This document shows positions 17,844 to 28,080 of a stretch of 64,000 nucleotides of DNA, piece after piece. Both the position numbers and the translations under genes were made by a program. The stretch is taken from contig JBMLOR010000065.1 in assembly GCA_049242865.1 (NCBI GenBank), forward strand, positions 7,686-71,685. The letters are read 5' to 3'. Every line of letters starts with the position of its first letter. Position 1 is the first letter of the stretch. Source of the DNA: Chitinophagaceae bacterium (GTDB lineage Bacteria > Bacteroidota > Bacteroidia > Chitinophagales > Chitinophagaceae). Under the pieces are notes generated by a model. The model was not told where the DNA came from. It was given only the letters and a program-made list of their open reading frames with translations, and made no database searches.

Positions 17844-19097
17844 CTACAAAAAGTTTGGTAATAAAAATCCTAAGCTTAAACAAGCAATTACTATAAAAGG
17901 GGCTGCAACTTTGGTAAATTGTAAGCAACCAAATGTTCCAAAAACTATTAATAAATCTATTACAATAGTTGAACCATTGGTTATTTGATTAAAAATTAAA
18001 TCTTTAAGCAAATAAAAAATAGACCCTACCATTATACCCACAATAACAGCATTTATGCCTTCTAATGATCTATAAATTACTGCATATTTTTTTAAATTAT
18101 GCCAAATAGGATAAAAGAAAAGTACCAGCAAGGCACTAGGTAAAAATATACCAATTGTACCTAAAATACAGCCTAGTGTTTGTAGCCATTTACTATCTGT
18201 TGGTTGCATAAGCATGCCACCTGTATACGAACTAATACTAAAAACTGGCCCAGGAATTGCCCTAACCATTCCATAGCCTGTAAGAAAATCTTCTTTATCC
18301 ATTTTTAATACATCACGTTCTGTATTACTTGGGCGTACAACATATTGCTCATACATTAAAGGCAACAGTACATCACCACCACCAAAAACTAAGCTCCCGA
18401 ATCTATAATTATTTTCAAAGAGGTTAAGTGGCTTTTTGCTGCTCCAATTGTTGTTGGTAGCTGTTTCACTAAAATAACCTGCTAATACAAATAAGCCTAG
18501 AAAAATGAAAATGTTACCCCATTTAATTTTTTTTGGTGTTTCTCCAATTTGAGGAATACGCTTGTTGCTAAAATTTGTAGCTACACTTGCAGTAAGAATA
18601 AGTGCAGGAAAAACCCAAGGTGAAGTAAAAAATAAAAAAGTTGCAATAGCACCTATCCATAAAATTACATATGTGATGGTATTTTTAATACTTATTTTAA
18701 ACATTCTAAATGCTGTATATATTATAAAACCAATGGCCATTGGTTGTATAAAACGAAACGCACCTAAAGAAATGTGATTATTTTTTAGATAATGAATTAA
18801 AAAAGAAAAACCACCCATAATAACACTTGCTGGCGTAATCCAAATAATTAATGTAATGATGGCTAAAGGAATGCCTCCTCGTTTATAACCAATTAGCATT
18901 AAGGTTTGGGTTGAAGATGCACCAGGAAGCATATTGCAAAAGCTAGTAAAATCTAAAAGTTCTTTTTCTGTAACATCTCTGCGTTTGTGCACAAAGCTTT
19001 TGAGCATCATTCCATAATGACCATTTGGCCCACCAAAGGCTGTAATACTATACAGTAAAACTTGTTGTAAAAACGGAATATGACGAATCAAAACCAT
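17844..19097 (-). CDS. chrA: Chromate transporter (CHR family, two CHR domains)
   Basis: Track ORF is 17844..19178. I start it at ATG 19097 ([27 protein letters not shown]...) because the longer version runs through the susD-like terminator hairpin. The protein is polytopic, with the repeated GG(P/D) chromate-transporter motifs FGGPNGH and FGGGDVLLP. Confidence 0.8.
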   Translation of the reverse strand: MVLIRHIPFLQQVLLYSITAFGGPNGHYGMMLKSFVHKRRDVTEKELLDFTSFCNMLPGASSTQTLMLIGYKRGGIPLAIITLIIWITPASVIMGGFSFLIHYLKNNHISLGAFRFIQPMAIGFIIYTAFRMFKISIKNTITYVILWIGAIATFLFFTSPWVFPALILTASVATNFSNKRIPQIGETPKKIKWGNIFIFLGLFVLAGYFSETATNNNWSSKKPLNLFENNYRFGSLVFGGGDVLLPLMYEQYVVRPSNTERDVLKMDKEDFLTGYGMVRAIPGPVFSISSYTGGMLMQPTDSKWLQTLGCILGTIGIFLPSALLVLFFYPIWHNLKKYAVIYRSLEGINAVIVGIMVGSIFYLLKDLIFNQITNGSTIVIDLLIVFGTFGCLQFTKVAAPFIVIACLSLGFLLPNFL

Positions 19098-19162
19098 AGG
19101 CTTTAAAACAATCGAAATTTTAGTGCCATAAAGAAAAGGATTTTTTGTATTGGGATAATAAA

Positions 19163-19199
19163 AAAGAGGCTGCTTCAAAAAAATTGAAACAGCCTCTTT
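19163..19199 (-). terminator. Rho-independent terminator of the SusC/SusD-like pair
   Basis: AAAGAGGCTG (19163-72) pairs with CAGCCTCTTT (19190-99), 10 bp perfect, and is extended by TTCAA/TTGAA. On the minus strand a T-rich stretch (TTTTATTATC) follows. Confidence 0.7.
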
Positions 19200-19222
19200 T
19201 AAAAGAAAATTTAATAAAACTA

Positions 19223-20653
19223 CTATTGATTAGGAGTCATTAAACTATTGTATAATAATTCTGATGCAGGTATTGGCCATACATAAGGTACTGTTGTAGG
19301 TAATACAGCAGCAACGCTACTTTTTGCAGGAAAGGCAATGTTTTGACGTAAAATATCTAAACTTCTTAAGCCCTCACCTAAAAACTCTATTCTTCTTTCG
19401 TTTAAAATAGCAGTGATTAAATCAGCGTTTGTTAAAGGTGCTAATGTTACACCAGCATCGCTACGTTGACGAACTGCATTTAACAAAGCTAAAGCACGTG
19501 CATCTACACCAGTTGTATTAGTACGTGCTAAAGCTTCAGCTAAATTAAGCATTACTTCAGCATATCTAATTACAGGAACATAGTTGTCGTTATCTGAATT
19601 AAATTTAGAATATCTAAATGGAGCAGTAGTATTTACCACTAAAGCTCTACGAGCATCAGCAGTTCTCCAACCAACATCTGCTAAAATGCCAGAAGGATTT
19701 AATGCAAACTCAGCATTTTGGTAACTTGCCATACCGTTTTGAGTACCTGGTGCATTTAAAACTGTCATTGGAAAACTAAAAATACTTTCAGTAGTATTAT
19801 ATGTTCTAAATGTAGTCAAGAAAGTTGCATTTAATCTATGGGCAACTCCACTAGGGGCTACAAAAGGTGCAGAAGCTGGAACTAGTTTGTTAGCTTCTAT
19901 AATTACACTATCCCAACGACCAACATGCATAAATACACGAGTTTTTAAAGCAATAGCTGCATTACGATGTGCACGAACTGTGTTGCTATCGTTTGTACCC
20001 ATGTAGCTTAATGGTAAGTTAGCTTCTGCAAAATGTAAATCGTTAATAATTGCACGATAAACTTCTGCAACTGTTGCTCTTTTTAAAGCTGCACCAGCAT
20101 TACTTGTATTAGCCACTAAACGTAAAGGAATACCTTCACTTGCACCATTATCTGCATTAAAAGGACGACGACCATAGAAATTTAGTAAGTGAAAATGTGC
20201 TAAAGCACGGCAAAATCTTGCCTCAGCTCTAAATCTATTTGCTAAACTAGCACTTACAACAGTTGGGTTTGCATCTAAACCAGCAATTAAAACATTTGCT
20301 CTGTTAATTGCAGAATAACCAGCATTCCATTGATTTTCTACTTGGTTGTCAGTTGAAATTAGAGAGAAGTTCCAAACCCCTAAAGCAGTAACGCCATTAC
20401 CTGTTACATTAACCCAATCTTCACCTCTAACATCGTGGTAGGTGTTAGTACGACCACCTAAAAAGTTTCCATTTTTCATTCCACCATATACACCAAATAC
20501 TTGTTGCATAATACGATCTGGTGTAGAAAATGCACTAGCATCGCTCAATACTGTTTGAGGTACTGGGCTTAAAGATTCTTTGCGGCACGAGCTGAACATA
20601 GTTACTGTAGCAGCCATTGCAACAAAGATTGTTTTTTTATTTAAATATTTCAT
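19223..20653 (-). CDS. SusD/RagB-family nutrient-binding outer-membrane lipoprotein
   Basis: 476 aa. The lipobox is MFSSC. It lies immediately downstream of a SusC-like gene (25-bp gap) and has TPR-like helical composition. Confidence 0.85.
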   Translation of the reverse strand: MKYLNKKTIFVAMAATVTMFSSCRKESLSPVPQTVLSDASAFSTPDRIMQQVFGVYGGMKNGNFLGGRTNTYHDVRGEDWVNVTGNGVTALGVWNFSLISTDNQVENQWNAGYSAINRANVLIAGLDANPTVVSASLANRFRAEARFCRALAHFHLLNFYGRRPFNADNGASEGIPLRLVANTSNAGAALKRATVAEVYRAIINDLHFAEANLPLSYMGTNDSNTVRAHRNAAIALKTRVFMHVGRWDSVIIEANKLVPASAPFVAPSGVAHRLNATFLTTFRTYNTTESIFSFPMTVLNAPGTQNGMASYQNAEFALNPSGILADVGWRTADARRALVVNTTAPFRYSKFNSDNDNYVPVIRYAEVMLNLAEALARTNTTGVDARALALLNAVRQRSDAGVTLAPLTNADLITAILNERRIEFLGEGLRSLDILRQNIAFPAKSSVAAVLPTTVPYVWPIPASELLYNSLMTPNQ

Positions 20654-20678
20654 TTGTTAATTTTTTAAAGTTCAAAAT

Positions 20679-23600
20679 TTAGAAACCTACATTAATACCA
20701 ACTGTAACTGTACGTGCTTGACCAATTGTATTTCTGTCTACACTTGGAGTTAAAGCAGCTGCACCATTTGAAGAAATTTCTGGGTCTGCACCAGGGTATT
20801 TAGTAATGATGAATGGATTAAATGCTTGTACATAAAAACGTGCTGAACTTATTTTTACTTTTTCCATAATTTTTGTTGGAACAGTGTAACCAAAAGTTAA
20901 AGAACGACATCTTACAAAATCGCCATTGAACAAATTGGCTGTCATTGGTAGTGCACTACCGTTTGAAATATTATCATTAAATACAATTCTAGGAACCGTG
21001 CTGATATCACCTGGTTTTCTCCATCTATTTAAAACTTCTGTTGAATTGTTCCAGAAACGTTGGTCTAATAAACCAGCTCTACTTCCAAAATAAACATCAT
21101 TACCAAAGCTAAAATACATGTCAATACCAAAGTCAAATTCTTTCCAGCTTACATTACTTTGGAAACCACCAAATAAAGTAGGCAAAGCATTTCCTGCAAT
21201 TATACCATCTCTTGAAAGGTCAATAGCTGGTGCCACTAAGCCATTATCTCTAAATGTCCATCTACTTGCAGCAACAGGGTTAGAAAAGTCAAATAAAACT
21301 TCTCTTCCGGCAGCATTAACTAAAATTCTTCTACCTGTTGCAGGGTCAACACCATTGCTTTTTACTAAGAAGAAAGTACCAATTGAGTTACCTGGACGAG
21401 TAATATTTGTACGCTCTAAACCTGTAATACCTACTATTTCTGGTACACCAGGAGCTAATGATGTTACTTCGTTTTTAAGTGTTGCAAAATTGAAACCAAC
21501 ACTCCATCTAAAGTCTTTTTTATCGATTATTCTAGCATTAATTCCTAACTCAATACCACTATTTGTCATGTTAGCAGCATTAGCTTGAATTGTATTTCCA
21601 GGAATACCCATTGAGCCAGGAGTTGGAACATCAATAATCAAATCACTAAGCTTAGTATTGTAATATCCAAATTCAACGCTAACTCTTCCTTTTAATGTGG
21701 TGAAGTTTAAACCAAAGTCTAACTTCTCACTTTTTTCCCATTGTAAATTATTGTTACCTGCTTGGTTAAAGAATAATGTTGGATTACCTAAACCATATTG
21801 TGCTGAGCTAAAAGTACTTAAAGAAGCAAAGTTTCCTACAGCAGAAACGCTTCCTATTTTACCATAGCTACCACGTAATTTTACGTTATCAAAAATTTTG
21901 CTGATGCCACTATTTTTCCAAAAACCTTCTTCAGAAATTGAATAACCTACACTAGCACCATAGAAAGTTCCCCATTTTTTACCTTCTGCAAAAGCTGAGT
22001 AACCATCTCTACGAGCATTTACACTTAAATAGTATTTGTTTTTGTAGTTATAGTTTACTCTACCAAAGAAAGATAACAAATAGTTTTCTGTAATTAAGTT
22101 ACCTACTGGATTATTGTTTGTAGTGAAATTGCCTTGATATTCATTAAAGAAATTATCTGCTAAAGCTTGACGGCTTGCTCCCCAACGATTGTTGTAGAAT
22201 TTATTTTCTTCATGACCAGCCAAAATTGTAAAATTATGTCTGTTGTTGTCTAAAGAAAAGTCGTAAGTTAACGTATTTTGAAAGTTTGTAAAATTTTGTT
22301 TGCTTACAATGTTAAATGCTAAACCATCATCTGTTGTTGCAGTTGTTTGTATACCATCACCATGTAAAGCATTGTAAAAAGTTTTATCTTCTACAGTTTG
22401 ATAATTTGCACCATAGGTACTTCTGTAATATAAACCTTTTGCAAGTTTTAATTCTAAATTTACATTAGCTACTAATTGATCTAATTCAGATGAAATAATA
22501 TTTAAATCTCTAATCATAACAGGGTTAACAAAACCAGAGTTAGTTAGGTTATTGTTTCTTCCAATTTGATTAAAGCTATTTCTTTGTACAGGATCGTCAA
22601 TGCCAATAATATTGTAACGTCCATCAGCAGCATAAGGTGAAACGTTAGGGGCTGTTACAAATGCTAAACGAGCTGAACCAGCAGTACCAAATGCTCCACC
22701 AGGTAAAGAACCTGTGCTTGGAGAAAATGTTGTTCCTCTACTAAAATTGAAATTACCACCAATTTTTAAGTAGTTGTTTACTTTATTTTCAATATTCATA
22801 CGCATTTGCATACGTTCGAATGTATTGGTTTGTAAAATACCCTCTTGTTTATTGTAGTTGGTGCTGAAAAAATATTTAGTATTTTCATTACCACCACTAA
22901 CGCTTACATTGTGGTTTTGTTGAATCCCTGTTTGATAAATATGATCAGCCCATCTTGTATCAACTGGTTTACCATTCATGGTGCTTGCAAAAAATAATGG
23001 AGCACCAGCTGGTTGACCACTACTATTTACATTGGCCTGATTTAAATTTACTAATGCTTCATTTTTAGTTGCTATATATTGATCGGCGTTTAATACTTCA
23101 AAAATATTAAAGGCTTTTGTCCAACCATAGCTAAAATCATAGCTAACTTTTGCTTTTCCGTTTTTACCTTTTTTTGTAGTAATGATCATTACACCGTTAG
23201 TAGCTCTACTACCATAAATTGCGGTTGCAGAAGCATCTTTCAAAATTTGAATGTCTTCAATATCACCTGGATTTAAAGTTCCTAATGCATTATTAGCAGA
23301 TAGGTTAGTTGATGCATCACCTTGTAATGCAGGAACTCCATCAATAATAATTAATGGTTGGGAGCTACCTGATATAGAATTTATACCACGTACTCTTATA
23401 ACTGCAGGGTTATTAAGTACACCATTTGGCAAACTTACGTTTACACCAACAGCTTTACCACTTAATGCTTGGTCGAAGCTTTGAACAGGAATGTCTTTGA
23501 TATTATCACCCTTAATAGAGGCGATACTACCAGTTACATCTTTTTTCTTTTGAGTACCATATCCCACTAAAACTACCTCGCCTAATGATTTATCTTCAGT

Positions 23601-23885
23601 TTTTAGCGAAATAGAAACATTGCTTGATGTTCCTAAGGCAGCAGTGTAATCTTCAAATCCAATAGAGCTGAAGGTTAATTTTTTAACTGTGGTTGGCACA
23701 GTTAATGAATAGTTTCCGCCATTATCGGTGATAGTTTTTTTATCGGAACCTACAGCTTTTACTGTAACGCCCGAAACTCCAACACCTTTCTCGTCAGTTA
23801 CTTTTCCAGTAACTGTACGATTTTGAGCAGAAACACTTGAAACTAGAAGCATCATAGCTCCTAAGAAACTCAGAAATTTTCTCAT
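20679..23885 (-). CDS. SusC/RagA-family TonB-linked outer-membrane transporter
   Basis: 1068 aa. It has the signal peptide MRKFLSFLGAMMLLVSSVSAQ, the CarboxypepD_reg domain RTVTGKVTDEKGVGVSGVTVKA, the plug region EVVLVGYGTQKKKDVTGS, and the terminal barrel strand TVGINVGF. Confidence 0.92.
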   Translation of the reverse strand: MRKFLSFLGAMMLLVSSVSAQNRTVTGKVTDEKGVGVSGVTVKAVGSDKKTITDNGGNYSLTVPTTVKKLTFSSIGFEDYTAALGTSSNVSISLKTEDKSLGEVVLVGYGTQKKKDVTGSIASIKGDNIKDIPVQSFDQALSGKAVGVNVSLPNGVLNNPAVIRVRGINSISGSSQPLIIIDGVPALQGDASTNLSANNALGTLNPGDIEDIQILKDASATAIYGSRATNGVMIITTKKGKNGKAKVSYDFSYGWTKAFNIFEVLNADQYIATKNEALVNLNQANVNSSGQPAGAPLFFASTMNGKPVDTRWADHIYQTGIQQNHNVSVSGGNENTKYFFSTNYNKQEGILQTNTFERMQMRMNIENKVNNYLKIGGNFNFSRGTTFSPSTGSLPGGAFGTAGSARLAFVTAPNVSPYAADGRYNIIGIDDPVQRNSFNQIGRNNNLTNSGFVNPVMIRDLNIISSELDQLVANVNLELKLAKGLYYRSTYGANYQTVEDKTFYNALHGDGIQTTATTDDGLAFNIVSKQNFTNFQNTLTYDFSLDNNRHNFTILAGHEENKFYNNRWGASRQALADNFFNEYQGNFTTNNNPVGNLITENYLLSFFGRVNYNYKNKYYLSVNARRDGYSAFAEGKKWGTFYGASVGYSISEEGFWKNSGISKIFDNVKLRGSYGKIGSVSAVGNFASLSTFSSAQYGLGNPTLFFNQAGNNNLQWEKSEKLDFGLNFTTLKGRVSVEFGYYNTKLSDLIIDVPTPGSMGIPGNTIQANAANMTNSGIELGINARIIDKKDFRWSVGFNFATLKNEVTSLAPGVPEIVGITGLERTNITRPGNSIGTFFLVKSNGVDPATGRRILVNAAGREVLFDFSNPVAASRWTFRDNGLVAPAIDLSRDGIIAGNALPTLFGGFQSNVSWKEFDFGIDMYFSFGNDVYFGSRAGLLDQRFWNNSTEVLNRWRKPGDISTVPRIVFNDNISNGSALPMTANLFNGDFVRCRSLTFGYTVPTKIMEKVKISSARFYVQAFNPFIITKYPGADPEISSNGAAALTPSVDRNTIGQARTVTVGINVGF

Positions 23886-24039
23886 GTTTTATAAATTTTT
23901 AGATTTCAAATAAAAATGAAACACCAAAAAAGCTGCATCTCCCAACTTATTTTCCCTTTTCAGTAAATCCCGGTTTTTCAATTCTTAAAGCCTATTAGCC
24001 ATTTACCCATACTTTTGACCAATCATAATAATTTAAAAA

Positions 24040-24855
24040 ATGTTTGCCAATAAAACTATTTTTATAACTGGTGCAACAAGAGGTATCGGTAAAGCCATTG
24101 CTTTAAAACTGGCTAAGGAAGGTGCTAATATTGTTATAGCTGCCAAAAGTGTAGAGGAAAATCCCAAGCTAGGAGGTACAATTTTTACTGCAGCTCAAGA
24201 AATAGAAGCTGCAGGCGGAAAAGCATTACCATTGCAAGTTGACATTAGATTCGAGGAACAAATAAAAGCGGCTGTGCAAAAAGCTGCAGAGCATTTTGGC
24301 GGAATTGACGTATTAATTAATAATGCCTCAGCTATTCAACTTACTGGTACTTTGCAAACAGATGCCAAAAAGTTCGATTTAATGCACGACATAAATGTAC
24401 GAGGCACATTTTTAATGACACAAGCTTGTTTGCCATATCTACAAAAAAGTAGCCATGCACACATTCTTACTTTATCGCCTCCTATCAATTTAATAAATAA
24501 ATGGATGTCGCCACACATTGCTTATACCTTGAGTAAATTTAATATGAGTATGATGGCATTGGCATGGGCTGGCGAATTTAAAAACGATAATATTGCTAGT
24601 AATGCATTATGGCCAAAAACCACTATTGATACAGCTGCAGTAAGAAATTTATTAGGTGGTGAAGCCTTGGCTAAAATGAGTAGAACGGTTGATATTATTG
24701 CTGATGCAGCTTATTATATACTTAGCAAAAAAAATCTGGAGTATACAGGTAATACATTCATTGATGAAGATGTATTGGCTAAAGAAGGAATTACCGATTT
24801 AAGTAATTATAGCGTTGTTCCGGGGGCAACTTTATTTCAAGATTTATTTGTGTAA
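24040..24855 (+). CDS. Short-chain dehydrogenase/reductase (SDR) family oxidoreductase
   Basis: 271 aa. It has ITGATRGIGKA (TGxxxGxG), INNASAI and YTLSK (YxxxK). Confidence 0.85.
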   Translation: MFANKTIFITGATRGIGKAIALKLAKEGANIVIAAKSVEENPKLGGTIFTAAQEIEAAGGKALPLQVDIRFEEQIKAAVQKAAEHFGGIDVLINNASAIQLTGTLQTDAKKFDLMHDINVRGTFLMTQACLPYLQKSSHAHILTLSPPINLINKWMSPHIAYTLSKFNMSMMALAWAGEFKNDNIASNALWPKTTIDTAAVRNLLGGEALAKMSRTVDIIADAAYYILSKKNLEYTGNTFIDEDVLAKEGITDLSNYSVVPGATLFQDLFV

Positions 24856-24869
24856 ATTTTTTAATTATT

Positions 24870-25868
24870 ATGCAGCATCATAATTGCTTGAATTGCAACA
24901 AGCCATTTACAGAAAGTGAGCTTTTTTGCAGTTCTTGTGGTCAGCGAACAACAACGCATAGATTTTCCTTAAGAAGCCTATTTACGCACGATTTTATTCA
25001 TGCAGTTTTTCATTTAGATAAAGGCTTTTTTGGTACGCTAAAAAACTTGTTTTTGCAACCGGGTACCGTTGTTAAGGAATTTTTAGAGGGTAAGCGGGTA
25101 AAGTATTTTAATTACTTTACTATGATTCTAATACTCATTACCGTAGGTCATTTTTTGCAAAAGTATAGTCCAATTAAGTTGGTAGATTTAATGACTGCCT
25201 CTACAGTTTCTAATAAAACGAATAATAAGCCATTTGCAATAGATACAGTAAAGTTAATGGGCAAAAATGCTGGTTTTGACTCACAACAGTTGATTGTTCT
25301 GAACCAAAAAATTGATTCCCTAAAAAAAAGAAGATCTAATATAATTAAATTCGAGAAGGACATTGCAAAAGAGCAAGAGAAAATTTTTAATGGTTTTGAA
25401 AGGTTTACAAAAGAAAATCCTAAGCTGTTTTATTTGATTTTAATTCCGATTTATACTTTCTTCACTTTAATTTGGTTTTATAAATCAAAGCTCAATTTTT
25501 CTGAACAGTTAATCACCAATATTTATAAAACTTGTGGCGATATAGTTATTGGAATATTATTTTCTATTGGATTATATATTTATCCAAAAATTAGTTTCTG
25601 GACAATAGTTTATCCTTTTTCATCTTTATTGCTCATTGCATATTCAACTTGGTTTTATCAAAACTTTTTTAAACATTATTATAAAGATGCAGGTATAGTT
25701 TTTCTTAAAAGCTTGGCTGCAGTGCTATGTGTTCAGCTGTTTATTGGCATAATTGCAGCTATTTTTATGTTTATTGCAGGATATAATCTTGGGTTAAAAC
25801 AAACTAAAATTAAAGAGTTTCCTTCTACAACATCTTCACAAAAAGACACGTTCAATCCTAAAAAATAA
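24870..25868 (+). CDS. DUF3667-like zinc-ribbon membrane protein
   Basis: 332 aa. It has an N-terminal CLNC...CSSCGQ zinc ribbon, HRFSLRSLF...LFLQPGTVVKEFLEGKRVKYFNYF, and then several TM helices. It starts 14 bp after the SDR gene. Confidence 0.55.
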   Translation: MQHHNCLNCNKPFTESELFCSSCGQRTTTHRFSLRSLFTHDFIHAVFHLDKGFFGTLKNLFLQPGTVVKEFLEGKRVKYFNYFTMILILITVGHFLQKYSPIKLVDLMTASTVSNKTNNKPFAIDTVKLMGKNAGFDSQQLIVLNQKIDSLKKRRSNIIKFEKDIAKEQEKIFNGFERFTKENPKLFYLILIPIYTFFTLIWFYKSKLNFSEQLITNIYKTCGDIVIGILFSIGLYIYPKISFWTIVYPFSSLLLIAYSTWFYQNFFKHYYKDAGIVFLKSLAAVLCVQLFIGIIAAIFMFIAGYNLGLKQTKIKEFPSTTSSQKDTFNPKK

Positions 25869-25941
25869 TAAATTTGGATGGCATAGGCAGCTTTGACGTA
25901 TAGTTTGGTATCAAAGTTGTATCATTTATGTCAAAAAATTT

Positions 25942-26478
25942 GTGAGTGAACATGATATGATAAAGGGCTGTATAAGCCAAAAAGTGCAATGCCAAAAAGC
26001 TTTGTTCAATACTTATGCCCCAAAATTTATGACTGTATGTTTAAGATATGCAGTAGACACTATGGAAGCCGAAGATTTTTTACAAGAAGGCTTTGTGAGA
26101 ATTTTCAATAATTTACATCAATTTAAATTTGAAGGAAGTTTTGAAGGTTGGATGCGTAGAATAGTGGTTAACGTTTGCTTAAAAAAGCTTCAGAAAAAGA
26201 AAATTATTTTCAACGAAATTAGCGAAGAGTATGCTACTATGCCAATTATTGATGCTAATGCTTATGCACATCTTGGCGAAAATGATTTACTAAAGCTTAT
26301 TAATAATTTACCAGAAGGTTATAGAATTGTTTTTAATTTAAATGTAATTGAAGGATATAGCCATGAAGAAATAGCAAAAATGTTGAACGTGCAACCTAGT
26401 ACAAGCAGAAGCCAATTGGTGAAAGCAAGAAAAATGTTGCAACAACAAATTTTAGAATTACAAAAAGTAGCAGTTTAA
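25942..26478 (+). CDS. ECF-type RNA polymerase sigma-70 factor
   Basis: 178 aa, starting at GTG 25942 (an ATG alternative is at 25957). Region 2 reads EDFLQEGFVRIFNNLHQFK...FEGWMRRIVVN. Region 4 reads LPEGYRIVFNLNVIEGYSHEEIAKMLNVQPSTSRSQLVKARKML. Confidence 0.9.
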   Translation: MSEHDMIKGCISQKVQCQKALFNTYAPKFMTVCLRYAVDTMEAEDFLQEGFVRIFNNLHQFKFEGSFEGWMRRIVVNVCLKKLQKKKIIFNEISEEYATMPIIDANAYAHLGENDLLKLINNLPEGYRIVFNLNVIEGYSHEEIAKMLNVQPSTSRSQLVKARKMLQQQILELQKVAV

Positions 26479-26480
26479 AT

Positions 26481-28004
26481 ATGACAGATAAATTATTCGA
26501 TACTTTTATACAGCAAAAGCTGTACCATAAAGAAAGCAGTGTGCCTGCTGATTTGTGGGATAAAATTGCTGCTGAAAAAAATAAAAAAAGAGGTTTTTTT
26601 TGGTGGAAAAATCCCAAAATTTATCTACCAATTTTAACAGGTATAGTAATACTTACTGCTATAACTATTTCATCAAAATTTAGTAACACTGAAAGTAAAG
26701 TTTTGGTGATAAATAATAAAAATGTATCAGAAGGTAATAAAGCTAATGAGTCAAATTTTGCAACGCAGCAATTAAAATATAACGAAAACGATAATATTAA
26801 TAATCCAACATCCAACATTAAAATCAATACTGATAATAAAACACTTAACCCATCTGTACAAACTAAAAACTCTTATACAAAATCTGTAAAAAAAACTGTT
26901 TCAAATAATGCTGTTGTAAGCATAGAAAATAGAAAGAATGCAGTAAAAGAAATTAAAGAAAAATCTTCGGATAACTTTAATCAATCTAATGGAATATCAT
27001 TACTAAATACATCAACATCTTTTAATAACGATGCAAGTAACCTAGATTATAAAAACTATGTGCGTAAATCAAAAAATGCAGCTAACACTTTTGCAAAAAT
27101 TGGTTTTAATTATGAAGAGGCTTTACAACAAAATAATGCCACTGCAAATAATATCGATCTTCAGTTTTTAACAAAATCTGGTAAGCAATTGTTCTCAGCT
27201 AATACAGCACCTCCAATTATTAATTTAAGAAAAATTTTTGGATTAGACGATTGCCCAACCGCAAATGGACACCAAAGAAATGATTGGTATTTAGAAGGTT
27301 ATGGCAGTATTGATTATACCTCGAAAAGAGTAGAAAATATAAGTACCACAGATGCTTACTTAGCAAAAAAAGATAGTGCCGAAAAGATGAAAGGTGGATT
27401 TACACTTGGTGTAAGAATTAGTAAATCTCTCTCAGACAATATGCTTTTTAAAACAGGTTTTCAGTTTAACCAAATGTTTGAGCAGTTTAAGTTGTCTGTT
27501 GAGAATGAACGACGAATTACAACAACTATCATTACAAGAACCTTGATAAGAACAGGTTTACCCGATACTACAATAAGTGATACTACAAGCTTAATTCAAA
27601 TTGGATATCGTACACAACAAAATACTAATTTGTACAGAAGCATCGAGTTGCCACTTTTGTTAAGCTACGAATTTGGTAAACCTGATAGCAAATTTAGTTT
27701 TGCGTTAACTGCAGGTGCTATTATAAACTTAACTACTTGGAACAAAGGCAATACAATTAATGAATTAAATCAAATTGTATCTATTAACTCTAAGCCACCA
27801 CAAACAAGTTTTTATAGAAATCAAATTGGTTTAAGTGCATATCTAAGTGCAAGTGTTATAAAACAAGTTAATAATAAATGGGCATTTTTTGCAGAACCAT
27901 ATCTAAGATATTCGCTTGGAAAAAATAATTTGGCATCAGGATTTGTTCAGCAATTTGATGCAATAGGCATAAACTTCGGAACAAGATTAAAAATAAATCG
28001 ATAA
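26481..28004 (+). CDS. Membrane-anchored anti-sigma-like protein with Asn/Ser/Lys-rich linker and C-terminal beta-barrel-like (OMP_b-brl-type) domain
   Basis: 507 aa. The ATG lies 2 nt after the sigma-factor stop. A ~45-aa cytoplasmic head is followed by a single TM (IYLPILTGIVILTAITI), then ~200 aa of low complexity, then ~250 aa with alternating hydrophobic strands (FSFALTAGAIINL, IGLSAYLSASVI, WAFFAEPYLRYSL, IGINFGTRLKI). Confidence 0.45.
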   Translation: MTDKLFDTFIQQKLYHKESSVPADLWDKIAAEKNKKRGFFWWKNPKIYLPILTGIVILTAITISSKFSNTESKVLVINNKNVSEGNKANESNFATQQLKYNENDNINNPTSNIKINTDNKTLNPSVQTKNSYTKSVKKTVSNNAVVSIENRKNAVKEIKEKSSDNFNQSNGISLLNTSTSFNNDASNLDYKNYVRKSKNAANTFAKIGFNYEEALQQNNATANNIDLQFLTKSGKQLFSANTAPPIINLRKIFGLDDCPTANGHQRNDWYLEGYGSIDYTSKRVENISTTDAYLAKKDSAEKMKGGFTLGVRISKSLSDNMLFKTGFQFNQMFEQFKLSVENERRITTTIITRTLIRTGLPDTTISDTTSLIQIGYRTQQNTNLYRSIELPLLLSYEFGKPDSKFSFALTAGAIINLTTWNKGNTINELNQIVSINSKPPQTSFYRNQIGLSAYLSASVIKQVNNKWAFFAEPYLRYSLGKNNLASGFVQQFDAIGINFGTRLKINR

Positions 28005-28080
28005 ATATTAAAATATTCAGTTAAAAGCATCAACCTTATTAAAGCTAGTATCATTTAAAGTAATAAGCATACCCCAACTT

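Noticed and set aside
21118-21588. 156-aa plus-strand ORF inside the SusC-like gene
   Set aside because: It is antisense to a well-supported 1068-aa transporter gene, has no recognisable motif, and has the typical complementary-frame composition.
19223-23885. Impression that the SusC/D pair is GC-richer than its surroundings (possible horizontal transfer)
   Set aside because: Hand counts of single 60-nt lines gave 26-27 G+C in susC/susD. They gave 25 in the neighbouring SDR gene, 22 in alaS and atpA, 19 in chrA and 16 in the AsmA-like gene. The spread across ordinary genes is too wide for the claim without a proper sliding-window and codon-usage calculation.
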